A stretch of DNA of 53,188 nucleotides. Origin: a virus (Duplodnaviria > Caudoviricetes). A model generated the notes under the pieces. That model saw nothing but the letters and a program-made list of their open reading frames with translations. It was not told the origin of the DNA and ran no database searches. Where the stretch lies: positions 1 through 53,188 of IMG/VR virus record IMGVR_UViG_3300032236_000387; one strand, 5' to 3'. Below, in pieces: positions 37,395-46,055 of this stretch. The number at the start of each line of letters is the position of its first letter. Position 1 is the stretch's first letter. The translations under genes and the position numbers were made by a program.

Positions 37395-38525
37395 ATGCCT
37401 AATAGTCTTACTCAGTCGTCGCAAACTAAATCGACGTGCGCCCCGCAGTACTACAACGATTACCTGCAAGGGATCGTTCAAAAGGGTCAACAGGCAGAAT
37501 GTAAAGCTCAGTATGTTGGAGCCACGCCTCTCCAACAGAAAGCTTTTACGGACATCTGTAAGACCGCTGGAGCGCAAGCGCCAAATTATGCGACTGCTCA
37601 AGGATATGTTGGGTGCGCTGCAGGAAAAGACATTTCTGGTGCCGCCACTCCATTCCTGACTGCCGCAACCTCGGCAAGTCCATTGTGCGCGGCCAAGCCA
37701 CTAATTTGCCAATCTTCCAATCTAAATTTAGGTGAAGTCGCTGGGCAGTACATGAACCCATTTATCAGATCTGCCGTACAGCAGATGTCGGATATTGGGC
37801 AGCGGAACATTATGCAGAACATTGACCCGGCAGCAATGGCCGGGTTGGTTGGTTCTGGGCAGTTTGGCTCGCAACGCGGTGCCCAAGTTATGGGGCAAGT
37901 TAACGCAAACGCAGAGCAGGATCTGAATAGTCAGATTGCCAATATGCTTTCGTCCGGGTACGGGCAAGCATTACAGGCCGCTGGAACCAAACAAGGTGCT
38001 TTGACCAACCTTGCAAACACCACGGCAACGGCGCAGCAGGCACAAAATGCTGCGGAAAATACTGCGGCTACCACGGCTGCAAATGCTGCTGCAGCGTGCG
38101 CTACGGCGAAGGAACGAGCGGGTCTAGCAGCAGGCACGTTGGCCGGTCAAGCGGCGGCAACCAACATCAATTGCATTAATGCGCTGGCTACGCTTGGCGC
38201 TCAGTGTCAGACCATTAAACAAAACGCCCAGTGTTACGACTTCAACAAGCTTTCAAAAGAAGCTGCGTTGATGCAAGGCGTCAGTGTTCCGACATCAACC
38301 AAGACGACGATGTGTATGTCTCCGTTGTCTACGGCGGCATCTCTGGCATCGATTGCAAAAGGTGTGGCCTGTAGCAAGGGGTTGTCTTGTGCGTTATGTA
38401 AAGCGTGGTGCAAAGTTTCTAGCATTTTTGGATGTCATGCCAGAGGCGGTCTGATTACGGCAGGCGGTGCCGTGGGTTGCCGATCTACTCGTAATCTTGG
38501 CGGTCTACCGCGTGGGGGAAGATAA
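37395..38525 (+). CDS. Putative DNA ejection/internal virion protein (Ala/Gln-rich)
   Basis: YMNPF...GQFGSQRG...SGYGQAL pattern; unusually many Cys. Confidence 0.7.
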   Translation: MPNSLTQSSQTKSTCAPQYYNDYLQGIVQKGQQAECKAQYVGATPLQQKAFTDICKTAGAQAPNYATAQGYVGCAAGKDISGAATPFLTAATSASPLCAAKPLICQSSNLNLGEVAGQYMNPFIRSAVQQMSDIGQRNIMQNIDPAAMAGLVGSGQFGSQRGAQVMGQVNANAEQDLNSQIANMLSSGYGQALQAAGTKQGALTNLANTTATAQQAQNAAENTAATTAANAAAACATAKERAGLAAGTLAGQAAATNINCINALATLGAQCQTIKQNAQCYDFNKLSKEAALMQGVSVPTSTKTTMCMSPLSTAASLASIAKGVACSKGLSCALCKAWCKVSSIFGCHARGGLITAGGAVGCRSTRNLGGLPRGGR

Positions 38526-40369
38526 TGGCCGAGAAACAGGATTATTCAGCCGCGCTAGGTGGACTTGATAACTCTAAGCTTCCACTCTATGGGCGCGGTG
38601 ATAAGGATCTCGAAGAGCTTCAGAAAGCTCGGGAAGACGCCCTATCCGCGCTCCAGAAGCGATATGAGCAACCCAACTGGTTCAAGGTAGCGGCAGGGTT
38701 TGCCAAGCCGCAGCTAGGCGGTTTTGCGGCGTCTCTGGGTAGTGCTGCCGAGGCGCTCGGGGAGAATGTCGAGCAACAGCGTGCCCAAGAACTTCCGATT
38801 GCTCAGATGAAGCTGGCGATCAAGCAGGGCAATATGCTGCTGAAGTCTCAAGCAGATGTGGCTGATGACATCAAGAAGTGGCGAGAGTCGCACCCCGGTC
38901 AAACGCCATCGGCTCAACTGGTTGGTGAGTGGGCTGCACGCGCACCTGAGTCGAACACGGTTAAGTCTCTGCAGGAAGAACTGAATTTTCAGCAAAAACA
39001 AGCACAGCAGACATTGGAGCGCATCAACCACAAGAGGGCTGCGAATATTCCGTTGGATGAGCAGGATCGAGCATTCCTTGCTCAGAAACCTGAAGGCCAG
39101 CCACGGGCAGAAAGGCCACAAGAGGCTCCTGCAATTCCGTCCGGACCTGCCGCGACTTCTGCGATAACCCCGCCCAAGCTTGCGATGGAACCAGTCAATG
39201 TCACTGAACCATCAAAACCTGAAGTAAAACAGGAAGAAAAAGCATCAGCCGTGCTTCCTAGTGGGGCACGGGTTAACAAGGATGTTCTTGGTTTGCATCA
39301 GCAGGGTATTCCGATCATCAGTAACATCCGGACCCAAAAAGAACAAGATGCGCTCAAGCACCATCAAGATGAAAATGGCAACTGGTACACCAAAGAAGGC
39401 CGACCAGTATCGGATGTTACAAAGCATTTGACTGGTGATGCGATTGATCTTGATCCAAAGAAAAATCTCAACGCGGAGCAACGAAAGCTACTCGAAGAAA
39501 ATGGATGGAAGCAGCCCAACCCCAAGGGAGATGCGAACCACTGGGAGCGTGTGAAGCCAGCCAAACTTGCAGAGGCCAAGCCTGCACAAGTAAAACTCGA
39601 TGAAAATAAACCGCCCCAGTTTTATCCGCCGAGTTTGAAGAAGCCAGACATTACCGGACTTGGTCCGGACGATGTGGCCATGAGAACTGCTGGGTACAAG
39701 AAAAGCGCAGAAGTGATGGAGACTCCTTACGCGGAAAAAATGGCCAGCTTGGCTCCTCTTGTTTCTGGGAATGACTATACCCGTGTCAAAAATTCATACG
39801 ACACTGCGATTGGAATGATTGAGAACAACCAAGATATGGCAAAAAAAGTTTTTGCCATGTTGCGTCAAGATCCAATCAAGGCTGCTCTTAACGAAGGTAT
39901 CGGTGTTCATGCCGGGTCGATCACGGCCAACATTAACTTACCTGTCAAGGCGTTTTTAGATGCCGGTCTAAGCGAAAGAGAAAAGCACTACGCAGATAAA
40001 TTGTTTAGTTCTTTGGTGAACATTGCAACGGCCAACTTACGAGCGCAAGGCGTATCAATGGGCAAGGTGCCGCAGCAGGAATACATGAAGGCAATGTCTG
40101 GGTTTGTGAACCCGGATCTGACTGCTCCTGCTGCTTTGAATATGCTTCATCACAGCCGTGCTGATTTTGATCAGAGCAAAGAGTATTACGACATTGTCAT
40201 GAAGGAAATGAGGGACAAAGTCGATATGTCACACACTTCGACTCCATACTCAGACATTCATCATAATTCGTCCGACTTGGCCAAGATTCACAAGAAGTAC
40301 TCTGCGATTCACAAACGATATGATGATGACTATCAGAATGCGTTAAGACCGCAAGGAAACAAACCATGA
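38525..40369 (+). CDS. Internal virion protein with a peptidase M15-like (Zn peptidoglycan hydrolase) domain
   Basis: ISNIRTQKEQDAL...TKHLTGDAIDL...DANHWE (H-x6-D...H). Confidence 0.7.
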   Translation: MAEKQDYSAALGGLDNSKLPLYGRGDKDLEELQKAREDALSALQKRYEQPNWFKVAAGFAKPQLGGFAASLGSAAEALGENVEQQRAQELPIAQMKLAIKQGNMLLKSQADVADDIKKWRESHPGQTPSAQLVGEWAARAPESNTVKSLQEELNFQQKQAQQTLERINHKRAANIPLDEQDRAFLAQKPEGQPRAERPQEAPAIPSGPAATSAITPPKLAMEPVNVTEPSKPEVKQEEKASAVLPSGARVNKDVLGLHQQGIPIISNIRTQKEQDALKHHQDENGNWYTKEGRPVSDVTKHLTGDAIDLDPKKNLNAEQRKLLEENGWKQPNPKGDANHWERVKPAKLAEAKPAQVKLDENKPPQFYPPSLKKPDITGLGPDDVAMRTAGYKKSAEVMETPYAEKMASLAPLVSGNDYTRVKNSYDTAIGMIENNQDMAKKVFAMLRQDPIKAALNEGIGVHAGSITANINLPVKAFLDAGLSEREKHYADKLFSSLVNIATANLRAQGVSMGKVPQQEYMKAMSGFVNPDLTAPAALNMLHHSRADFDQSKEYYDIVMKEMRDKVDMSHTSTPYSDIHHNSSDLAKIHKKYSAIHKRYDDDYQNALRPQGNKP

Positions 40370-41325
40370 CCGATCAAGAAAAGGAAGATCAAGAGGCCGC
40401 TGAAGCTGCTAACGAGTATTTTCGGGAACAACATCCTCATCACGCTGAAAACAACAAGAATGTTTATTCCGGAATGTCTTTTGAAGACAAAAAGGAAGAG
40501 CCAAAAAAAGAACCTGCTCCTGACTGGATGGTGCCTGCGGGTGCCGCAACTGGCGCTGCTGCAGTTCACACCGATGCACTTCGTCGTTTTCTAAGTGGAG
40601 TTGCAAAGCCAGCCGAATCAGTCTACGCGCCGGTAAATGTTCAACCGCGGTACAGTGCTCCTCGCGCAGAACCAGCAATGGGTGGGCTTAGTTCTGTCGA
40701 GTTCGAGAGCAATGTTGACAAGATCATGCATAGCTTGAGGGGCGAAGGGCAACCCAGCGGTGAACAGAAGCGTAAAGGTGCCAACTGGAAGACCAACCGG
40801 GAAGCTCTGGCAACTGAGCACAATCTGAAACAACCCGGCGCTGGGCAGGCAATCGTGAATGCCGGTGAAATGGCTCCAACACGAGGTGGCCTTGCAGTTC
40901 CAGAACACGTCGCATATGAGATCGAGGAAGAGGAATTGCGGCGTCGGGCAGTAGAGCAGGCAAGGCGCGAGGAAGCTGCAGCGTTAGCTAAAGCACAAGC
41001 AGAGGCCAGATCTGCCGAGACGGCACAAATGAGAGCGGCTGCCGAGGCGAAAGCTGCTCAACAAGGGAAAGCACTTGGTGTTCTCAAAGGTGCGGCCAAG
41101 GTTGGTTTAGGCGCTCTTGGCGGAGCGTTTGCAGGCAAAGACTTTTACGATGCCTACCAAGAGTACAAGGCCAAAGGGTACAGCGACGAAATGATTTCCA
41201 AGCTTCTATCTGGAGCAGGTGGAACCTTAATGATGGTTCCAACTCCATTCACTGAAGTTGGAGGGGCTGCTTTAATGGGGGCTGGGATGGCGTATCCCCA
41301 CGTTGCGAAACGCCTACGGCAGTAA
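40366..41325 (+). CDS. Putative internal virion protein with a C-terminal Gly/Ala hydrophobic region
   Basis: Last gene of the structural operon. Confidence 0.65.
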   Translation: MTDQEKEDQEAAEAANEYFREQHPHHAENNKNVYSGMSFEDKKEEPKKEPAPDWMVPAGAATGAAAVHTDALRRFLSGVAKPAESVYAPVNVQPRYSAPRAEPAMGGLSSVEFESNVDKIMHSLRGEGQPSGEQKRKGANWKTNREALATEHNLKQPGAGQAIVNAGEMAPTRGGLAVPEHVAYEIEEEELRRRAVEQARREEAAALAKAQAEARSAETAQMRAAAEAKAAQQGKALGVLKGAAKVGLGALGGAFAGKDFYDAYQEYKAKGYSDEMISKLLSGAGGTLMMVPTPFTEVGGAALMGAGMAYPHVAKRLRQ

Positions 41326-41392
41326 ACCAGACGTACAGCATCGCCACAAGTACAAACAGAAACCAGTATTTCACGATCTCTCCTCGGTATTT

Positions 41393-41419
41393 CCCCCGGC
41401 TGGTGCCGGGGGTTTTTTT
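41393..41419 (+). terminator. Rho-independent terminator at the convergence point
   Basis: CCCCCGGC-TGGT-GCCGGGGG-TTTTTTT. Confidence 0.9.
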
Positions 41420-41640
41420 CACTTGAGCTTGGGTCTGATTTCTTTGATTTTTGTGGCCACCAAGTGGTTGTACTCTTGGGCAATGGACACGCAGGTTTCA
41501 AGCTCTTTCGCTTCTATTCTTGGTTTGGCCTTCTCGATGAAAAGGTTGGCCAACTTGAATAGATCCTCTTCGAGAAAGTTGTAGTTCTCGATGAGGTGAG
41601 CCTCGCGGAATACCTCGTTAACTTCATCCTTTGTCAGCAT
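41419..41640 (-). CDS. Hypothetical protein (73 aa, MLTKDEVNEV...)
   Basis: GGAG RBS upstream of the ATG at 41640. Confidence 0.65.
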   Translation of the reverse strand: MLTKDEVNEVFREAHLIENYNFLEEDLFKLANLFIEKAKPRIEAKELETCVSIAQEYNHLVATKIKEIRPKLK

Positions 41641-42430
41641 ACTGATCTCCAAAATCGTGTTTCAATTTCCACAGTTTCAATAGGCACTGGAACATTTCCC
41701 AGCCTTTTCGTAGCTTCTCTTCCGGCCACTCAAAGACAACAACCAGACCCGGATGAGTCACCGATGCGAAGACGTTAGCGCACCGGGCATGAGACAAGTT
41801 AAGACCATGCCGGTAGGCAGCTAACTGCATCAGGTTCTCGTCATAGGCGTTGATTTCATCGTCGGGGCCAAATTCCTTGGTCTTGGCATCAACGACAATC
41901 CCGACCGGCGCTGTTTCACTTTGGACGCAGTGCAGGTCAACTTTGCCGCCGTACCCCATGGGGCTGGCAAACGACTTCTCAACTTTCCATTCCTCGAACG
42001 GATGGGTTCCAAAATGATCAAACACGCTTTCTTCAAAAGCTTTCGCAATTTCGACGTGTTCGACCTTACGGTTACCGGAGTACCATTTTTCAATCGACTC
42101 ATGAACTCTGGTTCCCCGCTCTGCTGCGCTTTTTCCTGTTTCTTTTGAGTCCGCCTTAATACGAGCGATCAGGGACTTCTCAGTCTCGTTAGGGGTCCGC
42201 GGCAGGGTCAGAGCAGCGAGAAGCATTTGTTCGAGCTTCCACTCCTCCAGACCCGGTTTGTGCAGCAGTCTGTTGATCGTGGTGACCGATGGCACCAGAT
42301 TCATCTTGCGTGCATCACGCAGCGTTGTAGGGCGGTTTGAACCGTCTTTAGCCAGCACGGTGTACTGAGGGGAGCCATCCCCCCCGTACCAATGAGCCGA
42401 GTCGAACGATCTTGCGATGATGGTGGTCAT
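41624..42430 (-). CDS. PD-(D/E)XK (RecB/Cas4-like) exonuclease
   Basis: PSVTTI...RGTRVH...E...YGGKVDL...VDAKT...QLAAYR. Confidence 0.85.
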   Translation of the reverse strand: MTTIIARSFDSAHWYGGDGSPQYTVLAKDGSNRPTTLRDARKMNLVPSVTTINRLLHKPGLEEWKLEQMLLAALTLPRTPNETEKSLIARIKADSKETGKSAAERGTRVHESIEKWYSGNRKVEHVEIAKAFEESVFDHFGTHPFEEWKVEKSFASPMGYGGKVDLHCVQSETAPVGIVVDAKTKEFGPDDEINAYDENLMQLAAYRHGLNLSHARCANVFASVTHPGLVVVFEWPEEKLRKGWEMFQCLLKLWKLKHDFGDQYADKG

Positions 42431-42795
42431 GCAGCCTTTCTCCCCGGACGTTTCTTCGGAGTCCCATCCAGTTTGTAACCGTAGGGAGCCTCAAGGCTGA
42501 AAGCTGCACAATCCAAAATTTCAACCAGCATTTCTTCATCCACAGAAGCTTCATACAGGCGCTGGGCCATCAAATAACCTTCTAGCACCCAGATCTGGCG
42601 TATGGCGTCTTCGCGTGAAAACTGTCGGCCAAGTTGCAGATCGAAGGATGAAGGATCAACGCAAGCACTCATGCCCTTGATGGTGTAACCGTTTTCCAAA
42701 GTCAGGATACACAGCGTGCTGCGCCCATCTGGCAGAACCAGATAGGACTCGTCTGCAATTTTGGATTCAATAAGTTCGATAGTGACCTTGTTCAT
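42427..42795 (-). CDS. Gp49-family protein, Tad1-like anti-defence nucleotide sponge
   Basis: TLCILTLENGYTIKGMSACVDPSSFDLQLG...IWVLEGYL matches the Gp49/Tad1 pattern as I recall it. Confidence 0.65.
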   Translation of the reverse strand: MNKVTIELIESKIADESYLVLPDGRSTLCILTLENGYTIKGMSACVDPSSFDLQLGRQFSREDAIRQIWVLEGYLMAQRLYEASVDEEMLVEILDCAAFSLEAPYGYKLDGTPKKRPGRKAA

Positions 42796-42804
42796 TTTTT
42801 TTCC

Positions 42805-43437
42805 TCAAAAAGGGATATCAGAATCTTCGTCTTCGTCCACCCTAATTAGGGTGTTTTTTTGTGGCTTGCCAATCTTCTCCCATTCAGGCGACGAAGAGAT
42901 CTTGGCCTTCAGATTGTCACTGAACGTCTCGAACAGCGTCAGATCAGGTTCCTGAAGGTTGAAGATCTCGTTCGCATTGATGGCCTGCGGTAGGCCGTTC
43001 TGTTTGATAATGGCAGGGACTGGTGTCACGCCTTTGGCGTTCGAGTAGATGTTCCCGTTGTTTCCCTCACTTTCGATGATGTTCAACATACACCACGCGC
43101 CTAGAACATTTTTGAGATCGAACCGGCGCATTTCCTCCTGCGTGAATGGCTTCCCACGCCACGACTGAAGGTCGAGTCGAAGGTTGGCTTTCTCAGACCA
43201 CGAGAGGGTGTAGTTCTTGAAGATGGCAAACGAGCGACCGTCCATCATCTGCAATGGCTGTCCACTGTCGTCTGTACCATGAATCTCCCAGCCAATCATG
43301 ATTTTGTGCTGGTACTTCACCTGACCCATGTACTCGCTTTTCTGCGTGCCCAGATCGATAATCCGATAGCATCGAGCGAGGTGCAAACCGGGTGGGCAAC
43401 GCTCAAACTGACCACCACTTTCAACGATAAAACTCAT
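42805..43437 (-). CDS. Putative single-stranded DNA-binding protein
   Basis: ARCYRIIDLGTQ...YTLSWSEKANLR; acidic DEDEDSDIPF tail like the SSB C-terminus. Confidence 0.7.
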   Translation of the reverse strand: MSFIVESGGQFERCPPGLHLARCYRIIDLGTQKSEYMGQVKYQHKIMIGWEIHGTDDSGQPLQMMDGRSFAIFKNYTLSWSEKANLRLDLQSWRGKPFTQEEMRRFDLKNVLGAWCMLNIIESEGNNGNIYSNAKGVTPVPAIIKQNGLPQAINANEIFNLQEPDLTLFETFSDNLKAKISSSPEWEKIGKPQKNTLIRVDEDEDSDIPF

Positions 43438-43491
43438 GGTTTTTCCTTAAAAAACGTCTACTTAGACTGAATCCGGTCAGATGACCGTGAA

Positions 43492-43526
43492 CGAAGTATA
43501 GCACAAATCAAATTCTGTGTTAGACT
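43492..43526. promoter_or_regulatory. Back-to-back divergent extended -10 promoters (minus TGcTATACT, plus TGtTAGACT) with a degenerate operator TCAAAT-N5-GTTAGA
   Basis: Located at the strand switch between the SSB-like and Cro-like genes. Confidence 0.6.
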
Positions 43527-43548
43527 GTGATCACAGAACGAGGTGACC

Positions 43549-43749
43549 ATGACGCTACACGACTACTTCACAGAAGAGCCTTACGGGGCAAAAAAGGAGA
43601 TGGCTGACTATCTAGACATCACACCAACGTGGCTTGGGCTGTTGATCCGCAAGGCGCGGCGTCCATCTGCAGAGCTTGCGAAACGGATTGAAAAAGCTAC
43701 GCAGGGGTTGGTTCCTGCGTCAGAATTGCGGCCCGACTTGTTTAACTAA
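43549..43749 (+). CDS. Cro/YdaS-like HTH transcriptional regulator
   Basis: KKEMADYLDITPTWL...RPSAELAKRIEKATQGLVPASELRPDLF. Confidence 0.85.
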   Translation: MTLHDYFTEEPYGAKKEMADYLDITPTWLGLLIRKARRPSAELAKRIEKATQGLVPASELRPDLFN

Positions 43750-43758
43750 AGGAAGACG

Positions 43759-44535
43759 ATGAAAGTTCAGATTGATTCGATACGGATTGATGGTGGCACG
43801 CAGTGCCGGGTAGTGATCGACCAGCCTACGGTCTATCAGTACGTTGAGGCCATGAAGGAGGGAGACGAATTTCCCCTAATTGAGACAGTGTTTGATGGGT
43901 CTACTCACTGGTTGACTGACGGGTTCCATCGTTATCACGCGATGAAGCTGATCGGCATCAAGCAGGTTGATGTTAAGCACACACAAGGTACGCAGCGTGA
44001 CGCTCAGATCGCTGCTTTGTTTGCCAATGCTAAACATGGTAAGCCACTGACCAACGAGGACAAACGCAACAAGGTCAAGATGGCGTTGGAAATTGACGGG
44101 TTTGACGACAAGTCCGACCGGGAGATCGCCACGCTATGTGGTGTGTCTGCGCCCTTTGTTGCTTCGATTCGCAACCCGAAAGTTAAAGAGAAGCAGGATC
44201 AGAACCGCGAAAAGAGCATCAAGGCGAAGGTTGAAAAGGATCAAGGGTGTAATCCGATTACACTCAAAGAGACGATTCGGGAGCCAGAGGAAGGTTGCAA
44301 CCCTGATGATGAGGAAATTTTGGCGTCTGAATTGGCGATGCAGGCCGATCAAGATGCGATGTACAAGCTTCTGGAATCGGACGATGCCCTGAAGACCGCC
44401 TACGACGAGATCAAGCGATTGAACCTAGTTAAGGCCGGTCTAGAGGCAAGGATCGCTGGTTTAATGAACGAGAAGAACGAAGCGATCAAGATGGTCAAGA
44501 GTCTTCAATCTCAGTTGGATAAACGTAAAAAATGA
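43759..44535 (+). CDS. ParB-like protein (ParB/Srx N-terminal domain, HTH, coiled coil)
   Basis: LTDGFHRYHA (GxxRxxA), ANAKHG, SDREIATLCGVSAPFV HTH. Confidence 0.8.
   Translation: MKVQIDSIRIDGGTQCRVVIDQPTVYQYVEAMKEGDEFPLIETVFDGSTHWLTDGFHRYHAMKLIGIKQVDVKHTQGTQRDAQIAALFANAKHGKPLTNEDKRNKVKMALEIDGFDDKSDREIATLCGVSAPFVASIRNPKVKEKQDQNREKSIKAKVEKDQGCNPITLKETIREPEEGCNPDDEEILASELAMQADQDAMYKLLESDDALKTAYDEIKRLNLVKAGLEARIAGLMNEKNEAIKMVKSLQSQLDKRKK
44247..44263. promoter_or_regulatory. 17-bp palindrome, site 5 (central C), inside the parB-like gene
   Basis: GTGTAATCCGATTACAC, translated within GCNPITL. Confidence 0.8.
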
Positions 44536-46055
44536 CACAAACCCTAGCGCACAGTGAGCGTGATGATGGATTCCCGGCCCCAAGAAAATTTCAGATCGAT
44601 GCACATGAAGCTCTCAGGCAGGGGGTCAGAGATGGTCACAAGAATCAGATCATCATGGCCCCCACCGGGGCAGGTAAGACGTATCTTGGTCTGAGGATTT
44701 GCAACGAGGCAATAAACAAGGGTAAGCGTGCGGTTTTCCTGTGCGACCGCACCACCCTCATCAATCAGACATCTGATGTGGCTGATCGCTACGGGATGAC
44801 CGATCACGGCATCATTCAAGCGAAACACTGGCGTCGTCGGCCAGAAGCGCCCCTACAGATCGCCAGCGTCCAAACTATCGCCAAGCGCGAGTTCTGGCCA
44901 CAGATGGATGTATTGGTTGTGGACGAGGCTCACACGACGTACAAGGCGTGGACCGAATTTGCGTTGGCCACGAACGCTGTGGTGATTGGTCTGTCGGCCA
45001 CGCCGTTCACAACCGGACTTGGAAAGATTTTCACCAACATCGTGAACGCGACAACCATGCATGAGTTGGTCGGACTTGGGGTGTTGGTCCCGATGCGGGT
45101 TTTTTCCTGCCACAAGCCAGACATGGAAGGCGCTGAAATCAAGAACGGTGAGTGGACCGACCGGGCCGCGGAAGAGCGTGGTTTGGCCATCGTCGGGGAT
45201 GTGGTCGCGGACTGGCACAAGTTCGGTGATAACCGAAAGACAATTGTGTTCGGAGCCACGATCAAGCACTGCGAGGAGCTATGTCGTCAGTTCATCGAGT
45301 CTGGCGTAATGGCTGCGCTGTTTACCTCAGAAACGGATGCCAAAGAGCGCCAGATCCTTTTGGAGGAGTACCGCAAGCCTGACGGCCACCTGAAGGTTCT
45401 GATCAGCGTAGAGGCGCTTGCAAAGGGTTTTGACGTGCCTGATGTGGGTTGTATCTGCGATGCGCGGCCATTGCGGAAGTCGTTATCGACGGCAATCCAG
45501 ATGTGGGGCCGAGGGTTGCGCTCGTCGCCAGACACAGACAAAAAGGATTGTCACCTGCTGGATTTTTCGGGGAACATTGTTCGTTTCTTTGAGGACTTCA
45601 ACGACGTTTACTTCAACGGGTTGGCTTCGTTGGATGACGGTGACAAGCTGGACAAAAAGGTTCGGGAAAAGGAAGAGTTCCCTGAGAAAAATTGTCCCAA
45701 GTGCGGGTATAAACCTTTTCATAAGCGTTGTATGTCTTGCGGCCATGAGAGCGTGAGCAGACAGATGACCGAGGCGTTACCCGGCAATATGCAGGAGATC
45801 TTCATTGGGGAGGGTGGTGAAAAGAAAAAGCTGGCAGACGATTCACGCCACCTGTGGCGGCAACTTTGTGCCTACGCGGCGATTCACAGCAAGCCAGAGA
45901 CGATGAAGGGACGAGCTTGGCATTTGTTTAAAACCATCACCGGGCAGACAACGAATTGGCAGTTCGACCATACTCCGACCGAGATCACGACGAACACATG
46001 GAACAAGATCAAGCAGTTAAACATAGCCTACAAAAAAGGGAGGGCGCAGGCATGA
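44532..46055 (+). CDS. Superfamily 2 DExH helicase with Zn finger (RadD/YejH-like)
   Basis: APTGAGKT, DEAH, SATP, GFDVP, QMWGRGLR, CPKC...CMSC. Confidence 0.92.
   Translation: MTQTLAHSERDDGFPAPRKFQIDAHEALRQGVRDGHKNQIIMAPTGAGKTYLGLRICNEAINKGKRAVFLCDRTTLINQTSDVADRYGMTDHGIIQAKHWRRRPEAPLQIASVQTIAKREFWPQMDVLVVDEAHTTYKAWTEFALATNAVVIGLSATPFTTGLGKIFTNIVNATTMHELVGLGVLVPMRVFSCHKPDMEGAEIKNGEWTDRAAEERGLAIVGDVVADWHKFGDNRKTIVFGATIKHCEELCRQFIESGVMAALFTSETDAKERQILLEEYRKPDGHLKVLISVEALAKGFDVPDVGCICDARPLRKSLSTAIQMWGRGLRSSPDTDKKDCHLLDFSGNIVRFFEDFNDVYFNGLASLDDGDKLDKKVREKEEFPEKNCPKCGYKPFHKRCMSCGHESVSRQMTEALPGNMQEIFIGEGGEKKKLADDSRHLWRQLCAYAAIHSKPETMKGRAWHLFKTITGQTTNWQFDHTPTEITTNTWNKIKQLNIAYKKGRAQA

Noticed and set aside
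35386-38525. Reassignment of Cys codons or stop-codon recoding
   Set aside because: TGY codons give normal CxxC motifs in the helicase and HNH proteins, and core genes are intact under the standard code.
43549-44535. Temperate or plasmid-prophage module
   Set aside because: No integrase, CI-type repressor with peptidase domain, ParA or Rep is recognisable; lifestyle cannot be determined from the sequence.
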